A stretch of 64,000 nucleotides of DNA, from contig DATMBG010000015.1 in assembly GCA_035559535.1 (NCBI GenBank), forward strand, positions 23,677-87,676, written 5' to 3'. Position 1 is the stretch's first letter. Every line of letters begins with the position of its first letter. Origin of the DNA: Candidatus Limnocylindrales bacterium. GTDB taxonomy: Bacteria; Moduliflexota; Moduliflexia; Moduliflexales; JAUQPW01. The translations under genes and the position numbers were made by a program. The notes beneath the pieces are model-generated. The model did no database searches. It was not told where the DNA came from and saw nothing but the letters and a program-made list of their open reading frames with translations. This document shows positions 1-9,061 of this stretch, one piece after another.

Positions 1-918
1 GAGGCCCAGTCCATAAAAACTGGCCGTGTAAACGATCATCAGAAAGTAGCGTAAAAAAATGGGAAATTGATCCCAATATCGACCGACCAAAACTATGGAG
101 GAAATTACGATCCCTAAAGCACCTAAAACCCCGAGCCATTTTATATTCTTTTCATCCAAAAATGCCTGCACTAAATGGACCCAACCCGATTCCTGCTGAA
201 TCCGACGATCTACCCCTGATAAGGGTTCTTGGACAGGGATGACTAAAGGGGATGGACCCGGATTTAGTATCAAGTCGGTCAACTGATTTCCGGTGCCAGG
301 AGTCGGAAACTCCAGCTCGACCTCAAGCGAAGCCTCAGGGGTTTTTGAATCCCGATTCGGTTGCCTGGGGGTAGTTTTGGTTTGTGGGGAAGGCCCGGTT
401 CTCTGTATGGGTTGAATGATGGCCAGAATCTCATCTTTTCTTGCGCTATATCTCCGTTTTAAAGTAAAAAAAAGATCCTGCTGGATAAATCCCTGGTTAA
501 ACCATTTTTCCAGTTCCTGGAGGAGATAATGAAGATGATCCAGTTCTTTGAGTAATGGGAAATTCAAAATAGAATTACAACCCGGGCAGGTCTTCTGAGA
601 AGCGAAGACCTCTATCTCACACAAGGGACATTTCTGTACCGTTATTTTTTTCGCAGGAGAGGAAAGAGAAGTAGTTTCAACGGATTTTCTGAATAGGAAT
701 CCGAATAAAATCCCAAGAATCAAGCTTAACGGAAACAGATTAATCCTCAACATCGAACCCAAAACGATCCCCAACAAACAGGTCATCATCAGGGCCCGCA
801 GGTTAAAAATAGATCGTGAGGGTAGGGGCATTGTCTTGCTATTACTTAAGGGGGTTCCACAAGAGGTACACTGAAGAATCGGATCGGGGTAGATTTCTCT
901 GCAAGTGGGACATTCCAT
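1..918 (-). CDS. zinc-ribbon membrane protein, partial (C-terminal part lies beyond the left window edge)
   Basis: Not in the ORF track because it is open at nt 1. Hand translation from ATG 918-916 gives MECPTCREIYPDPILQCTSCGTPL...KCPLCEIEVFASQKTCPGCNS..., with two CxxC-x(n)-CxxC pairs, hydrophobic helices and no stop down to nt 1. GGAGG lies 7 nt upstream of the ATG. Confidence 0.6.
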   Translation of the reverse strand, partial: MECPTCREIYPDPILQCTSCGTPLSNSKTMPLPSRSIFNLRALMMTCLLGIVLGSMLRINLFPLSLILGILFGFLFRKSVETTSLSSPAKKITVQKCPLCEIEVFASQKTCPGCNSILNFPLLKELDHLHYLLQELEKWFNQGFIQQDLFFTLKRRYSARKDEILAIIQPIQRTGPSPQTKTTPRQPNRDSKTPEASLEVELEFPTPGTGNQLTDLILNPGPSPLVIPVQEPLSGVDRRIQQESGWVHLVQAFLDEKNIKWLGVLGALGIVISSIVLVGRYWDQFPIFLRYFLMIVYTASFYGLGL

Positions 919-1237
919 AAGATCGCCTCCTCTCTTTACCAACCATTTTCTATGGGAGGATATTCAAAGTTTTTGCCACAGGTGATTTTCCTGGATTGGA
1001 GAGGTTTTTCTTCTGACTCAGTGCGAAGTACATTTTGCAGATAACCGATTTGAAGAATCGACTCTTCTCTAACTTCCCTAAATCTCATCACTTATTTGCC
1101 TCTACAAAAAATTTTTTTAAGAGTTTCTATTTTACCCTTGACTTTTCGCCCAATCTTCACCACCCTATAGGAAATGAGGCAAATAAAAAGCGAAACTAAC
1201 CTTGAACTTTTGTCTCCCCTTGCAGAAGGAGTGGAAT

Positions 1238-3154
1238 ATGGTTGGCATATTTAAAAACAAAAGAGCAGTAAGCCGAAAGAAAACACTTCCTAAAACAGGT
1301 TTTCAACAAAAAGTCAATCCAAAGTCCAAGTCTAATGGGAAGCGTTATCAGAGAATCTCTACAAAAACTTCAGGAAAAGTCATCGGATTCGGATTTATTG
1401 CCCTGGCTATATTTATCTTCGTCAGCCTTTTAACTTATCCGTCGCAGTACTGGTCGGATAGCAGAGCCTCTTACTACAGTAGTAGTGCGTTAGATATTTT
1501 TCCGGGTACGGCAGGCAACCTGACCGGTATAATGGGAATCCTGGTAGCGGGAATTATCTTTACTCTGTTTGGTACTGCCGGGTATTTGCTTCCTTTGATG
1601 GCTTTGCAAACCGGAATCCAGAGACTAAAGGGACCATCCTCTCGACAGAAGGCCCCTCGATGGAGTATGTTTTTGTTTCTCATCCTGCTTTCAGCTTTGT
1701 TTTTTCTCTTATCTGGGGAAGATCCCACTCGGGGTGGCATTTCCGGAGGACTTCTGGCAGGAGTTTTATTCGGTTTTTTCAATAAAGTCGGGGCCGGATT
1801 AATTATAAGCGTAGGCCTGCTTATTTCTCTCATGAAAATGACCAATTCTTCTCTGTTTTATCTGTTTTCCTGGTGGGGAACAGCTATCAAAGAACAGTTA
1901 AAAAAAAATACCAAAAAGCCTCTCATCGTCGCCGACTCGAAAAAACCGTCCGCAGAAGTTTTTCTAAAGAATGAAGAGACTTCCCAACCTGGTCTACCCC
2001 CCCTTTCCCTGCTGAAGGCGCCGGACCCCAGGGACCAAGAGGAGATTCAACAGGACCTGTTGATAAAGGCCCATATTTTGGAGGAGCGATTGAAAGGATT
2101 TGGGGTAGAAGGAAAAGTAACGGGCATCCATCATGGGCCGGTGATCACCCGATATGAATTTGAGTTAGCACCGGGGATTCGGGTTACTCGAATGGTAAAC
2201 CTGGCAGATGATCTGGCCCTTTGTCTAAAAGCGAGCTCTCTTCGGGTTGTTGCACCGGTACCGGGTGAATCGGTAGTAGGTATTGAGGTTCCTAACGAAA
2301 TCAGACAAATCGTTTACTTAAGAGAAATTATTGGTTCTGCAGAATTTCGTAAACAACGTTCCAGGTTAACTCTGGCTTTAGGCAAAGATATCAGAGGACG
2401 ACCGTTTATAGCGGATTTAACCTGGATGCCCCATTTACTCATTGCCGGGGCAACAGGTTCTGGGAAAAGTGTTTGCCTCAATGCCATCATATGCAGTCTT
2501 CTCTTTAAAGCCACTGCCGAGGAGGTTAAATTTATCTTTATTGATCCGAAAAGGCTGGAACTTGGAATCTACGCCGGACTTCCGCATCTTCTAAGGCCGA
2601 TTGTGACAGAGCCTGAGGAGGCTCTGGAAGCTCTCAATTGGGTCATTCTGGAAATGGAGAGACGATACAAACTCCTGGCTCCCTGGGGAGTGAGAAACCT
2701 TGCCCAATATAATGTTCTGTTACAAAGGAACGCAAAGCGAGAGGAAAAACCCTTACCGTATATTGTGATTATGGTAGATGAGCTTGCAGATCTTATGTTG
2801 GTTTCATCCAGGCGGGTAGAAAAACCTATGGTTCGAATTGCACAAATGGCCAGAGCTGTTGGAATTCACATGTTGGTAGCCACCCAGCGCCCTTCTGTAA
2901 ATGTTATTACCGGTCTTATCAAAGCCAATTTCCCGGCCAGAATAGCTTTCAGAACAGCTTCCCAAATCGATTCCAGAACCATCCTGGATTCTAAAGGAGC
3001 AGAATCCCTCATTGGAAATGGAGATATGCTGTTCTTGACTCCCGGGGCAATCAGACCGGAGAGGATTCATGGAGCTTTTGTCAGTGAGGAGGAAATCCAC
3101 GATCTCATCGCTTATTTGAAAAAACAGAAGGGTTTAAAACTTTTTAAGGGATGA
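1238..3154 (+). CDS. ftsK: DNA translocase FtsK (N-terminal TM region plus alpha/beta motor; no gamma domain)
   Basis: ORF 1202-3154. Multi-TM N-terminus, FtsK alpha-like segment (LPPLSLL...GPVITRYEFELAPGIRV), Walker A GATGSGKS, Walker B IVIMVDELADL. Start moved to ATG 1238 (MVGIFKNK) behind GAAGGAG. The protein ends ...HGAFVSEEEIHDLIAYLKKQKGLKLFKG, where a gamma winged helix normally follows. Confidence 0.88.
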   Translation: MVGIFKNKRAVSRKKTLPKTGFQQKVNPKSKSNGKRYQRISTKTSGKVIGFGFIALAIFIFVSLLTYPSQYWSDSRASYYSSSALDIFPGTAGNLTGIMGILVAGIIFTLFGTAGYLLPLMALQTGIQRLKGPSSRQKAPRWSMFLFLILLSALFFLLSGEDPTRGGISGGLLAGVLFGFFNKVGAGLIISVGLLISLMKMTNSSLFYLFSWWGTAIKEQLKKNTKKPLIVADSKKPSAEVFLKNEETSQPGLPPLSLLKAPDPRDQEEIQQDLLIKAHILEERLKGFGVEGKVTGIHHGPVITRYEFELAPGIRVTRMVNLADDLALCLKASSLRVVAPVPGESVVGIEVPNEIRQIVYLREIIGSAEFRKQRSRLTLALGKDIRGRPFIADLTWMPHLLIAGATGSGKSVCLNAIICSLLFKATAEEVKFIFIDPKRLELGIYAGLPHLLRPIVTEPEEALEALNWVILEMERRYKLLAPWGVRNLAQYNVLLQRNAKREEKPLPYIVIMVDELADLMLVSSRRVEKPMVRIAQMARAVGIHMLVATQRPSVNVITGLIKANFPARIAFRTASQIDSRTILDSKGAESLIGNGDMLFLTPGAIRPERIHGAFVSEEEIHDLIAYLKKQKGLKLFKG

Positions 3155-3225
3155 GCCGCCCAGGATTCGAACCTGGCACCCTCTGCTTAAAAGGCAGATG
3201 CTCTAACCTACTGAGCTAGCGGCCC
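3152..3225 (-). tRNA. tRNA-Lys (anticodon UUU), CCA not encoded
   Basis: Reverse complement folds as a 74-nt cloverleaf: GGGCCGC TA GCTC AGTAGGTTA GAGC A TCTGC CTTTTAA GCAGA GGGTG CCAGG TTCGAAT CCTGG GCGGCTC A. It has a 7-bp acceptor stem (one G-U), a T-loop TTCGAAT and anticodon TTT. Confidence 0.9.
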
Positions 3226-3259
3226 TTATTTAGATAAATTGGAGAACAGGTTACAAGGA

Positions 3260-3289
3260 AATATAGAGTAGGAAGTAGGGTTTTGTCAA
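3260..3289 (-). promoter_or_regulatory. putative sigma70-type promoter for tRNA-Lys
   Basis: The minus strand reads TTGACA (3289-3284), an 18-nt spacer, then TATATT (3265-3260), about 35 nt upstream of the tRNA 5' end. Confidence 0.35.
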
Positions 3290-3457
3290 GGGGAAAGATA
3301 GAATTGTATCTGGATACCCTGAGGGGTTTTTGTAGGAGATATCAGACTGAAACGGAGGATAAAGAGATGCAAGAATAGTCGGGACAGGGGGACGGGAGGA
3401 GCCTTGTTCGGCTCCTCACTTCTATGCTCCTATATCTCCGCACCCCCCGAGTCTCCT

Positions 3458-5041
3458 TTATCTGGAGGGTCGCTCGACCCCAGGTCTCGGCATATAATTC
3501 TCCTCTTCCAGAACCTCCAATAACTTAAAATAATCCCTTCGTCGTACAACCAGATAGGTAGGGGATATCTCATCTACAATAAACTTATGGATCCGCTTCG
3601 ACTCTTTAAGCTCTTTAGCAAGGGCTTCATTATCACATCTCAGCAAAAAAGCATCGACAAAACCGATCCGTCCATAGGCACTTGTCCAATCCAAGACGGT
3701 TTGATGAACTTTTTCAGGTAACGGTTTTTCCGAGCATTTCCAGAGAAATTCAAGGATTTTATCTGGAGTTTCCCCTTCTTGTAAAGCTTTATAGATGGCA
3801 TGTCGGGACAATTTATAGGTTAAAGTATCGGCAACCTTAAGTAATTCGGTGATTCTGGTTAAGTACCAACGAATAGAGAGGTCCAGATTTCTGGGAATGA
3901 TAATTTCAAAATTAGGTTGAACGGAGAAGGTTTTCTCGCTGTGGTAGGGGAATAAACTTTCATCGTTCATGAGAACAGCATACCCCAAGGGGCTCAATTT
4001 AATTCCTACAAGGTTCTCACCGCCAGATTTTTGAATTATACCTTGTTCAATACAGCCTATGTAGAGCAAGAGGGAGAGAAAATGATCACTCCGATCTTCG
4101 GCAGGGGATCGGGACGAAAAATTTTTGGGTATAATGAGATCGAGGACCTTTTTCAAGGAAGCTTGTGAAATCCATGTATTGGAAGGAGCCAGCTGAAGAA
4201 GCTTTAAAATAAGGTGAGCTTCGGAAGAAGAAGATAGGTAGGCTTGCTGCCAGAATTTAAAAATTTCCTTGACCTTTTCAAAATCTGACTTTGCCAACCA
4301 GTTTGTAACTTTGCCTGTAAGGGTCAGGTGATTCCCGGTTATTTGAATAAATTGCTTCTCAGTACAAAATTTATAAATAAAATCGAATCGCTCCGGATAA
4401 CCACCCTTCGTTGATTTTTCATCGTCATCTAGAGGTTGCTCCGGGAGTTCAAAGGTATCGAAAATTCGGAGCTGGGTCCTCTTAAAGATCAGATTTTCCT
4501 GGGTAAGTTTAACCTGATCCTTTTTTAAAAAGGCAAGGAAAGTGAAAATATCTCGAACCAGGGCCAGGTGATCTGAACGGATTATGTGAGGCTCTCCAGG
4601 CCATACCTCCAATTCTTTAACCATTTTCTGGGCGATAATTTCGATCAATGAATCCCTCAGATCCATGGAAACGGAATAAGCTTTACGTTTACTCGGTAAG
4701 ACTAAAACAAGTCCATACTCCACCAGAGAGTTCATGAGTTCTTCGGCCCTATCCCCTGGAAATAGTTCTGTCAACAACGTATGACATTCCGGTATGGGAA
4801 TACCGTCCTCATCTTTATAAAAAAGGACCAGCCTAAGCCCGGTACCTTGTGCCTCAGTGAGTTTATTGAATAAGTCAGCAAGAAACTTTTTATCTCTAAA
4901 CTTAACGCTTAATAACTCAATGAGTCGGGCTTTAGAGTAAAGGTTACAGGCCAGGTTATTCTTTAAGGTAATGGTCTGAGCAAGCTCTATAGGGATCTGA
5001 GATAAATATTCCTGAAATCGTACCTTACTCTCTAAACTCAA
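3458..5041 (-). CDS. helicase-associated domain protein (XPB N-terminal / DRD-like, Helicase_C_3-type C-terminus); no helicase domain
   Basis: 527-aa ORF with a TTG start behind GGGAGGG. The C-terminal ~150 aa (FSVQPNFEIIIPRN...TYKLSRHAIYKALQEGETPDKILEFLWKCSEKPLP...RIGFVDAFLLRCDNEALAKEL...YLVVRRRDYFKLLEVLEEENYMP) parallel the damage-recognition N-terminus of bacterial XPB and its partner proteins, from memory. It lies 26 nt downstream of the mltD-like gene. Confidence 0.5.
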   Translation of the reverse strand: MSLESKVRFQEYLSQIPIELAQTITLKNNLACNLYSKARLIELLSVKFRDKKFLADLFNKLTEAQGTGLRLVLFYKDEDGIPIPECHTLLTELFPGDRAEELMNSLVEYGLVLVLPSKRKAYSVSMDLRDSLIEIIAQKMVKELEVWPGEPHIIRSDHLALVRDIFTFLAFLKKDQVKLTQENLIFKRTQLRIFDTFELPEQPLDDDEKSTKGGYPERFDFIYKFCTEKQFIQITGNHLTLTGKVTNWLAKSDFEKVKEIFKFWQQAYLSSSSEAHLILKLLQLAPSNTWISQASLKKVLDLIIPKNFSSRSPAEDRSDHFLSLLLYIGCIEQGIIQKSGGENLVGIKLSPLGYAVLMNDESLFPYHSEKTFSVQPNFEIIIPRNLDLSIRWYLTRITELLKVADTLTYKLSRHAIYKALQEGETPDKILEFLWKCSEKPLPEKVHQTVLDWTSAYGRIGFVDAFLLRCDNEALAKELKESKRIHKFIVDEISPTYLVVRRRDYFKLLEVLEEENYMPRPGVERPSR

Positions 5042-5066
5042 AGCTATGTCCCTCCCCTCGTAAAGT

Positions 5067-6842
5067 TTAGTTGATTGGTTGGTTACGATGAATGATCAAT
5101 TTATCTCCGGGCATTAACTGTTCTCCGGGACCCAATTTGTTCCACTTTCTAAGAAGATTTAGATCGACATTAAAGTTTTGGGAAACTTCCCAGAGGTTAT
5201 CTCCTTTTTTAACGGAATAAATAATTTTCGCTTTCTTAGGAGGTTGAGATCGAGTAGAGACGGTCTTTTTAGCTGGATAATAAGGAGATTTATAAAGTTT
5301 ACGCGTCCCTTTAATCCAGGTTCTTTTGGAGCCGGAAGACGCTCGTCCTTCAGAGGGTTTACTTAATTTATCATACCATATCTTCAATTCCTCATTGGGA
5401 GTTAAATTAGCCGTATTCAGTTTATTCCATACGATAAGCTGCGTCATAGTGACTTTAAACTTGGCTGCAACTTTACGTAAATCATCTCCCTTTTGGATCT
5501 GGTAAGTTACAAACTCCCGTTTTCTACCGGAGGGTCGGATGGGTTTTTCGTAACCGAATTCATCTGTTCCTGGCTGAGAGATAGTGGTAAGGGTTTGAGC
5601 CGACCCAGACTTAGAGGTAGCAGTTAATTCGTTTTCATCTGAGAAATGAATGGTAGCCAGAAGTTCCTTATCTGATGAGGATTTTAACCTGGAGGTTGCA
5701 GCGGTAAGGGTCCTTACAGGGGGATTTTTTTCCGGTAAGGAGGGTTCATTATACACCAGGGGAGATTCATAAACGGGATTAAGTCCGTACTTACCTGGAT
5801 CACTGGCGATGATGATGGCAGCCTTCAGCATAGGAACATAATTTTGAGTTTCTGCTCCCAAATAGCCTGTACTGGAGAGTTCTTCAAAATCACGGGTTCG
5901 ATATCGACCGATTGCGTTATGGATTTTATATTCTCCACTATTGTAGGCGGCAATAACCAAATCCCAGGAGCCCAACATCCGATAGAGGTCTTTCAGATAC
6001 CTGGCTGCGGCATGGGTAGATTTTACCGGATCTTTCCGTTCATCAACCCTTTTATCAACCCGCAATCCATAGTTCCTGGCAGTCGAACGCACAAACTGCC
6101 ACATACCCACGGCCCCACTGGGGGATACAGCTTCTGTTGAGAAACTGCTCTCTATCAAGGGAATATAGGCCAAATCTGCCGGAAGACCATAGGAACTAAA
6201 AATTTTTCTAATCATGGGTAAATATCTTGTAGATCGCTCGAGGCCTCTCAAAAAATTGGAATCCTCCTTTTTACGGGAATAAATATTAATCCACTCTTGA
6301 ATCTTTTCATCTATTTCTATGGGAGTATTAAAAATCAAAGGAGGATTCTGATTGACCGTAGAAGGAGAGGAATTAGAACTTAAGGAAGCAGAGCTTTGGG
6401 TATTCGGCTTTGAATTATTATTTTCCAATCCATTGGGGGTAGGTGTCTGGGCGGATTTAGAATTATTTGCCTGGTCCTGAATGAGGTGAATTTTCAGTGA
6501 AAGCTCTTCATAGGTATCTTCAAGTTTCTTGTGGGATTCTGGATTGTTGTCTGCATCCAAAAGAGCTTTCAAAGAAAGTTCAAACTCCTTAGAGGCTAAA
6601 TCCCAACGCTGATTACGATAATGTTCAAGACCGGCCTGATAGTGGCTCTGAGCTTGTTGGATGGCTTCCTCTACTTTGGATAGAGGAGGAGTTTCCGGAA
6701 GGGGTTGAGACTTAGGGGTTTCTGCTGTCTTCTCAGGAAGGGTACTCTTTTTTTGATGAGATCCACAGCCATAAAGAAGGAAAATAGAAATTAAAAAAAT
6801 CCATAGATATGAACCGTTTAATCTAACATTTATCCTAAACAT
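5067..6842 (-). CDS. membrane-bound lytic murein transglycosylase D-like lipoprotein (SLT domain plus 2 LysM)
   Basis: SLT catalytic region (IPLIESSFSTEAVSPSGAVGMWQF...AAYNSG). Two C-terminal LysM repeats (YQIQKGDDLRKVAAKF..., YSVKKGDNLWEVSQNF...). Start moved to ATG 6842 (MFRINVRLNGSYLWIFLISIFLLYGC, lipobox) behind AGGAGA. Confidence 0.85.
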   Translation of the reverse strand: MFRINVRLNGSYLWIFLISIFLLYGCGSHQKKSTLPEKTAETPKSQPLPETPPLSKVEEAIQQAQSHYQAGLEHYRNQRWDLASKEFELSLKALLDADNNPESHKKLEDTYEELSLKIHLIQDQANNSKSAQTPTPNGLENNNSKPNTQSSASLSSNSSPSTVNQNPPLIFNTPIEIDEKIQEWINIYSRKKEDSNFLRGLERSTRYLPMIRKIFSSYGLPADLAYIPLIESSFSTEAVSPSGAVGMWQFVRSTARNYGLRVDKRVDERKDPVKSTHAAARYLKDLYRMLGSWDLVIAAYNSGEYKIHNAIGRYRTRDFEELSSTGYLGAETQNYVPMLKAAIIIASDPGKYGLNPVYESPLVYNEPSLPEKNPPVRTLTAATSRLKSSSDKELLATIHFSDENELTATSKSGSAQTLTTISQPGTDEFGYEKPIRPSGRKREFVTYQIQKGDDLRKVAAKFKVTMTQLIVWNKLNTANLTPNEELKIWYDKLSKPSEGRASSGSKRTWIKGTRKLYKSPYYPAKKTVSTRSQPPKKAKIIYSVKKGDNLWEVSQNFNVDLNLLRKWNKLGPGEQLMPGDKLIIHRNQPIN

Positions 6843-7082
6843 AGAGACTATCTCCTGTGAGTAAGTTAGATCAAGTTGGATACCTATTACTTTATTCTTC
6901 AAACGGTGCTAACAAAACCAACGTGGTGGTGATAACACACTCTTGAAATGTTGTCAATACCTAATTTTATTTGGATTGCAACTTGAGAAGAGATTTAGGG
7001 GGAAAAATAAAATTAAAAGAAAGGAAGGTAAGATAAATAAAGGATTTAAACTTCTGGAGAAGAATATCCGGCATAAAGAAGA

Positions 7083-7106
7083 ATACCAGGCATTTCAGCC
7101 TGGTAT
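7083..7106 (-). terminator. hairpin downstream of the DUF507-like gene pair
   Basis: ATACCAGGC-atttca-GCCTGGTAT, a perfect 9-bp stem 10 nt past the stop at 7116. A T-rich tract (TCTTCTTTAT) follows on the minus strand. Confidence 0.45.
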
Positions 7107-7115
7107 CCGGGTTCA

Positions 7116-7397
7116 TTAAAAATATCTGCCGCGTTTTTTCAAAAAATCGTTAAAGGCCTTCTGGTACAAAATGTCCCATTCCCGGGATCCTTCTTCAATC
7201 TTCCGGCTGTAGGAGCTTAATACCCTTCGAGCTTCCCGGTCTGCATCTTCTTCTACTTTAAGTTCATCGGTGATAATTCGGATAATGGCGGATCTTAACC
7301 TGTTTTTATCAACCCGCAACTTTGCAAGGGTAGGATCCTGGAGGACCTTTACCACCAAATTCGATAAGTGTACAATTTTATCTTGACTTAATCGCAT
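7116..7397 (-). CDS. DUF507-like small protein (paralog 1)
   Basis: 93-aa ORF. Same length and pattern as the neighbouring ORF (xKLxQExIxxxxNLxV...ITxxLKVExxxDxEx RxxLxxY). Family name is from memory. Confidence 0.55.
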   Translation of the reverse strand: MRLSQDKIVHLSNLVVKVLQDPTLAKLRVDKNRLRSAIIRIITDELKVEEDADREARRVLSSYSRKIEEGSREWDILYQKAFNDFLKKRGRYF

Positions 7398-7465
7398 GGG
7401 AATTCCCCTTCTCAGAGAGCATCAAGAATCTTTCAAAGGCTGTAGACCTTTGAAAGGTTAATTTA

Positions 7466-7747
7466 TTACAAAATAAGGTTTCGTTCTTTAACCAATTTCT
7501 GCTTGACCTTCCGGAACATCTCGTGATAGGGAATATTTTCCTTCCTCATTATGTCGGTATAATTTTCCAGAATATTTCTAACTTCTTCATCCAGCCTGTC
7601 CTCTACTTTGAGATCTTCTGTAATAGTTCGACTAACCTGGGCTTTGATTGTTTTAGAATCCTCCACCGGCTCAAGGTATCCTTCCTCTATGAGCTTATCA
7701 ACCAAAAGGTTGGCAATAAAATCGATATATTCTTGACGTAATTTCAT
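7466..7747 (-). CDS. DUF507-like small protein (paralog 2)
   Basis: 93-aa ORF paralogous to 7116-7397 (MKLRQEYIDFIANLLVDKL...TEDLKVEDRLDEEVRNILENY). Confidence 0.55.
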   Translation of the reverse strand: MKLRQEYIDFIANLLVDKLIEEGYLEPVEDSKTIKAQVSRTITEDLKVEDRLDEEVRNILENYTDIMRKENIPYHEMFRKVKQKLVKERNLIL

Positions 7748-7948
7748 GGAAACTCCTGTTTAGTTTTTTTACCACTAAAATGATAAACCTTTACGTTTTA
7801 CCATTACTTTTTTTAATTATCCATTAAGAAGGAGGAATTGTCAATCGGGATTTAACCTTTGAGAAGCTTAAATTTCTCTTTGGACTCCTGGAGGAGACCA
7901 ATCCGTAGAACCCTTGACAATTCTTTAACCAAGGCGGAATGTATAAAC

Positions 7949-9061
7949 ATGAGAGAAAGTCTTTTAGATGTAGAGGAATCTTCCCTAAGAGAAACTTTTC
8001 AATCCATAGGCGAGCCCGGATACCGCGTTGCCCAGGTTTTAGACTGGATCTATCAGAAAAAAGTGCCCACTTTTGCAGAAATGACCAATCTCCCCATTCA
8101 CCTGCGGGATTTTCTAGACAACCACTACAAAATAGATCCTTTAACCCTCCTAAATTATCAAGAATCAGCAGATGGAACCCTTAAGTTTTTATTCGGTTTA
8201 GGGGATAATGAAAAAATCGAATCGGTTTTAATTCCCATGAATCAGAACCTGACCTTATGTATCTCTACCCAGGTGGGATGCCCACTGGACTGCAAATTCT
8301 GCTTGACCGGGGTGATGGGTTATACCCGAAATTTAACTGCGGGAGAAATTCTGGGTCAGGTTCTCTTTATTCAAAGGTGGTTAGGACCTAGAAACAGGAT
8401 TTCCAATATAGTCTTTATGGGAATGGGAGAACCGCTGGCGAACTATCAGAATACCATCAAAGCAATCCGGGTCATGCTTTCGGAGAAAGGACTTAATTTA
8501 TCTAATCGAAAGATTACGGTATCTACCTCTGGAATCGTGCCGGGGATAAAGAAATTGGGACAGGAGGATTTTATCGTCAACCTGGCCGTCTCTCTCCATG
8601 CCCCCTCCAATGACCTTCGGAGCCAATTGATGCCTATTAATCGGAAATATCCTTTAGAAATGCTCCTGGAGGCCTGTCGAGAGTATCCACTTCCCAAACG
8701 GCGTCGGATTACTTTTGAATATGTTCTATTAAAGGGTGTGAACGATAGACCTGACCATGCGAAGGAGCTGGCTAAAATTCTTAAGGGTTTTCGATGCAAG
8801 ATTAATCTGCTCCCCTTTAATGAAGCTCCAGAGCTTCCCTATGAGCGACCTTCAGATGCGGAAGTACTCCGATTTCAAAAAATTTTAATCGAACAAGGTT
8901 ATTCGGTGTTCATTAGAACCAGTCGCGGAAGAGACATTTTAGCGGCCTGTGGTCAATTGGCCATACGTTCCTCTAATAGGGGATGTTCTGGTTTTAAACT
9001 GCGTCCCATGAGTTCGGCTACAGCATCTGCAGGATTCTTTCCCTCAAAGAGCATGGCATAA
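7949..9061 (+). CDS. rlmN: 23S rRNA/tRNA (adenine-C2)-methyltransferase RlmN (radical SAM)
   Basis: GYRVAQVLDWIYQK N-terminus, radical-SAM CPLDCKFCLTG, GMGEPL, C-terminal ACGQL. Start moved to ATG 7949 (MRESLLDV). About 35 residues after ACGQL overlap gpsA on the opposite strand. Confidence 0.88.
   Translation: MRESLLDVEESSLRETFQSIGEPGYRVAQVLDWIYQKKVPTFAEMTNLPIHLRDFLDNHYKIDPLTLLNYQESADGTLKFLFGLGDNEKIESVLIPMNQNLTLCISTQVGCPLDCKFCLTGVMGYTRNLTAGEILGQVLFIQRWLGPRNRISNIVFMGMGEPLANYQNTIKAIRVMLSEKGLNLSNRKITVSTSGIVPGIKKLGQEDFIVNLAVSLHAPSNDLRSQLMPINRKYPLEMLLEACREYPLPKRRRITFEYVLLKGVNDRPDHAKELAKILKGFRCKINLLPFNEAPELPYERPSDAEVLRFQKILIEQGYSVFIRTSRGRDILAACGQLAIRSSNRGCSGFKLRPMSSATASAGFFPSKSMA

Noticed and set aside
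1474-1845. 123-aa minus ORF inside ftsK (also 2314-2514 and 2804-3100)
   Set aside because: They are antisense to the FtsK TM and motor regions and are shadow ORFs.
3152-5100. Integrated element (prophage/ICE) at tRNA-Lys
   Set aside because: No integrase, no direct repeat of the tRNA 3' end that I could find, and the flanking genes are ordinary. Only the ftsK truncation is kept as a finding.
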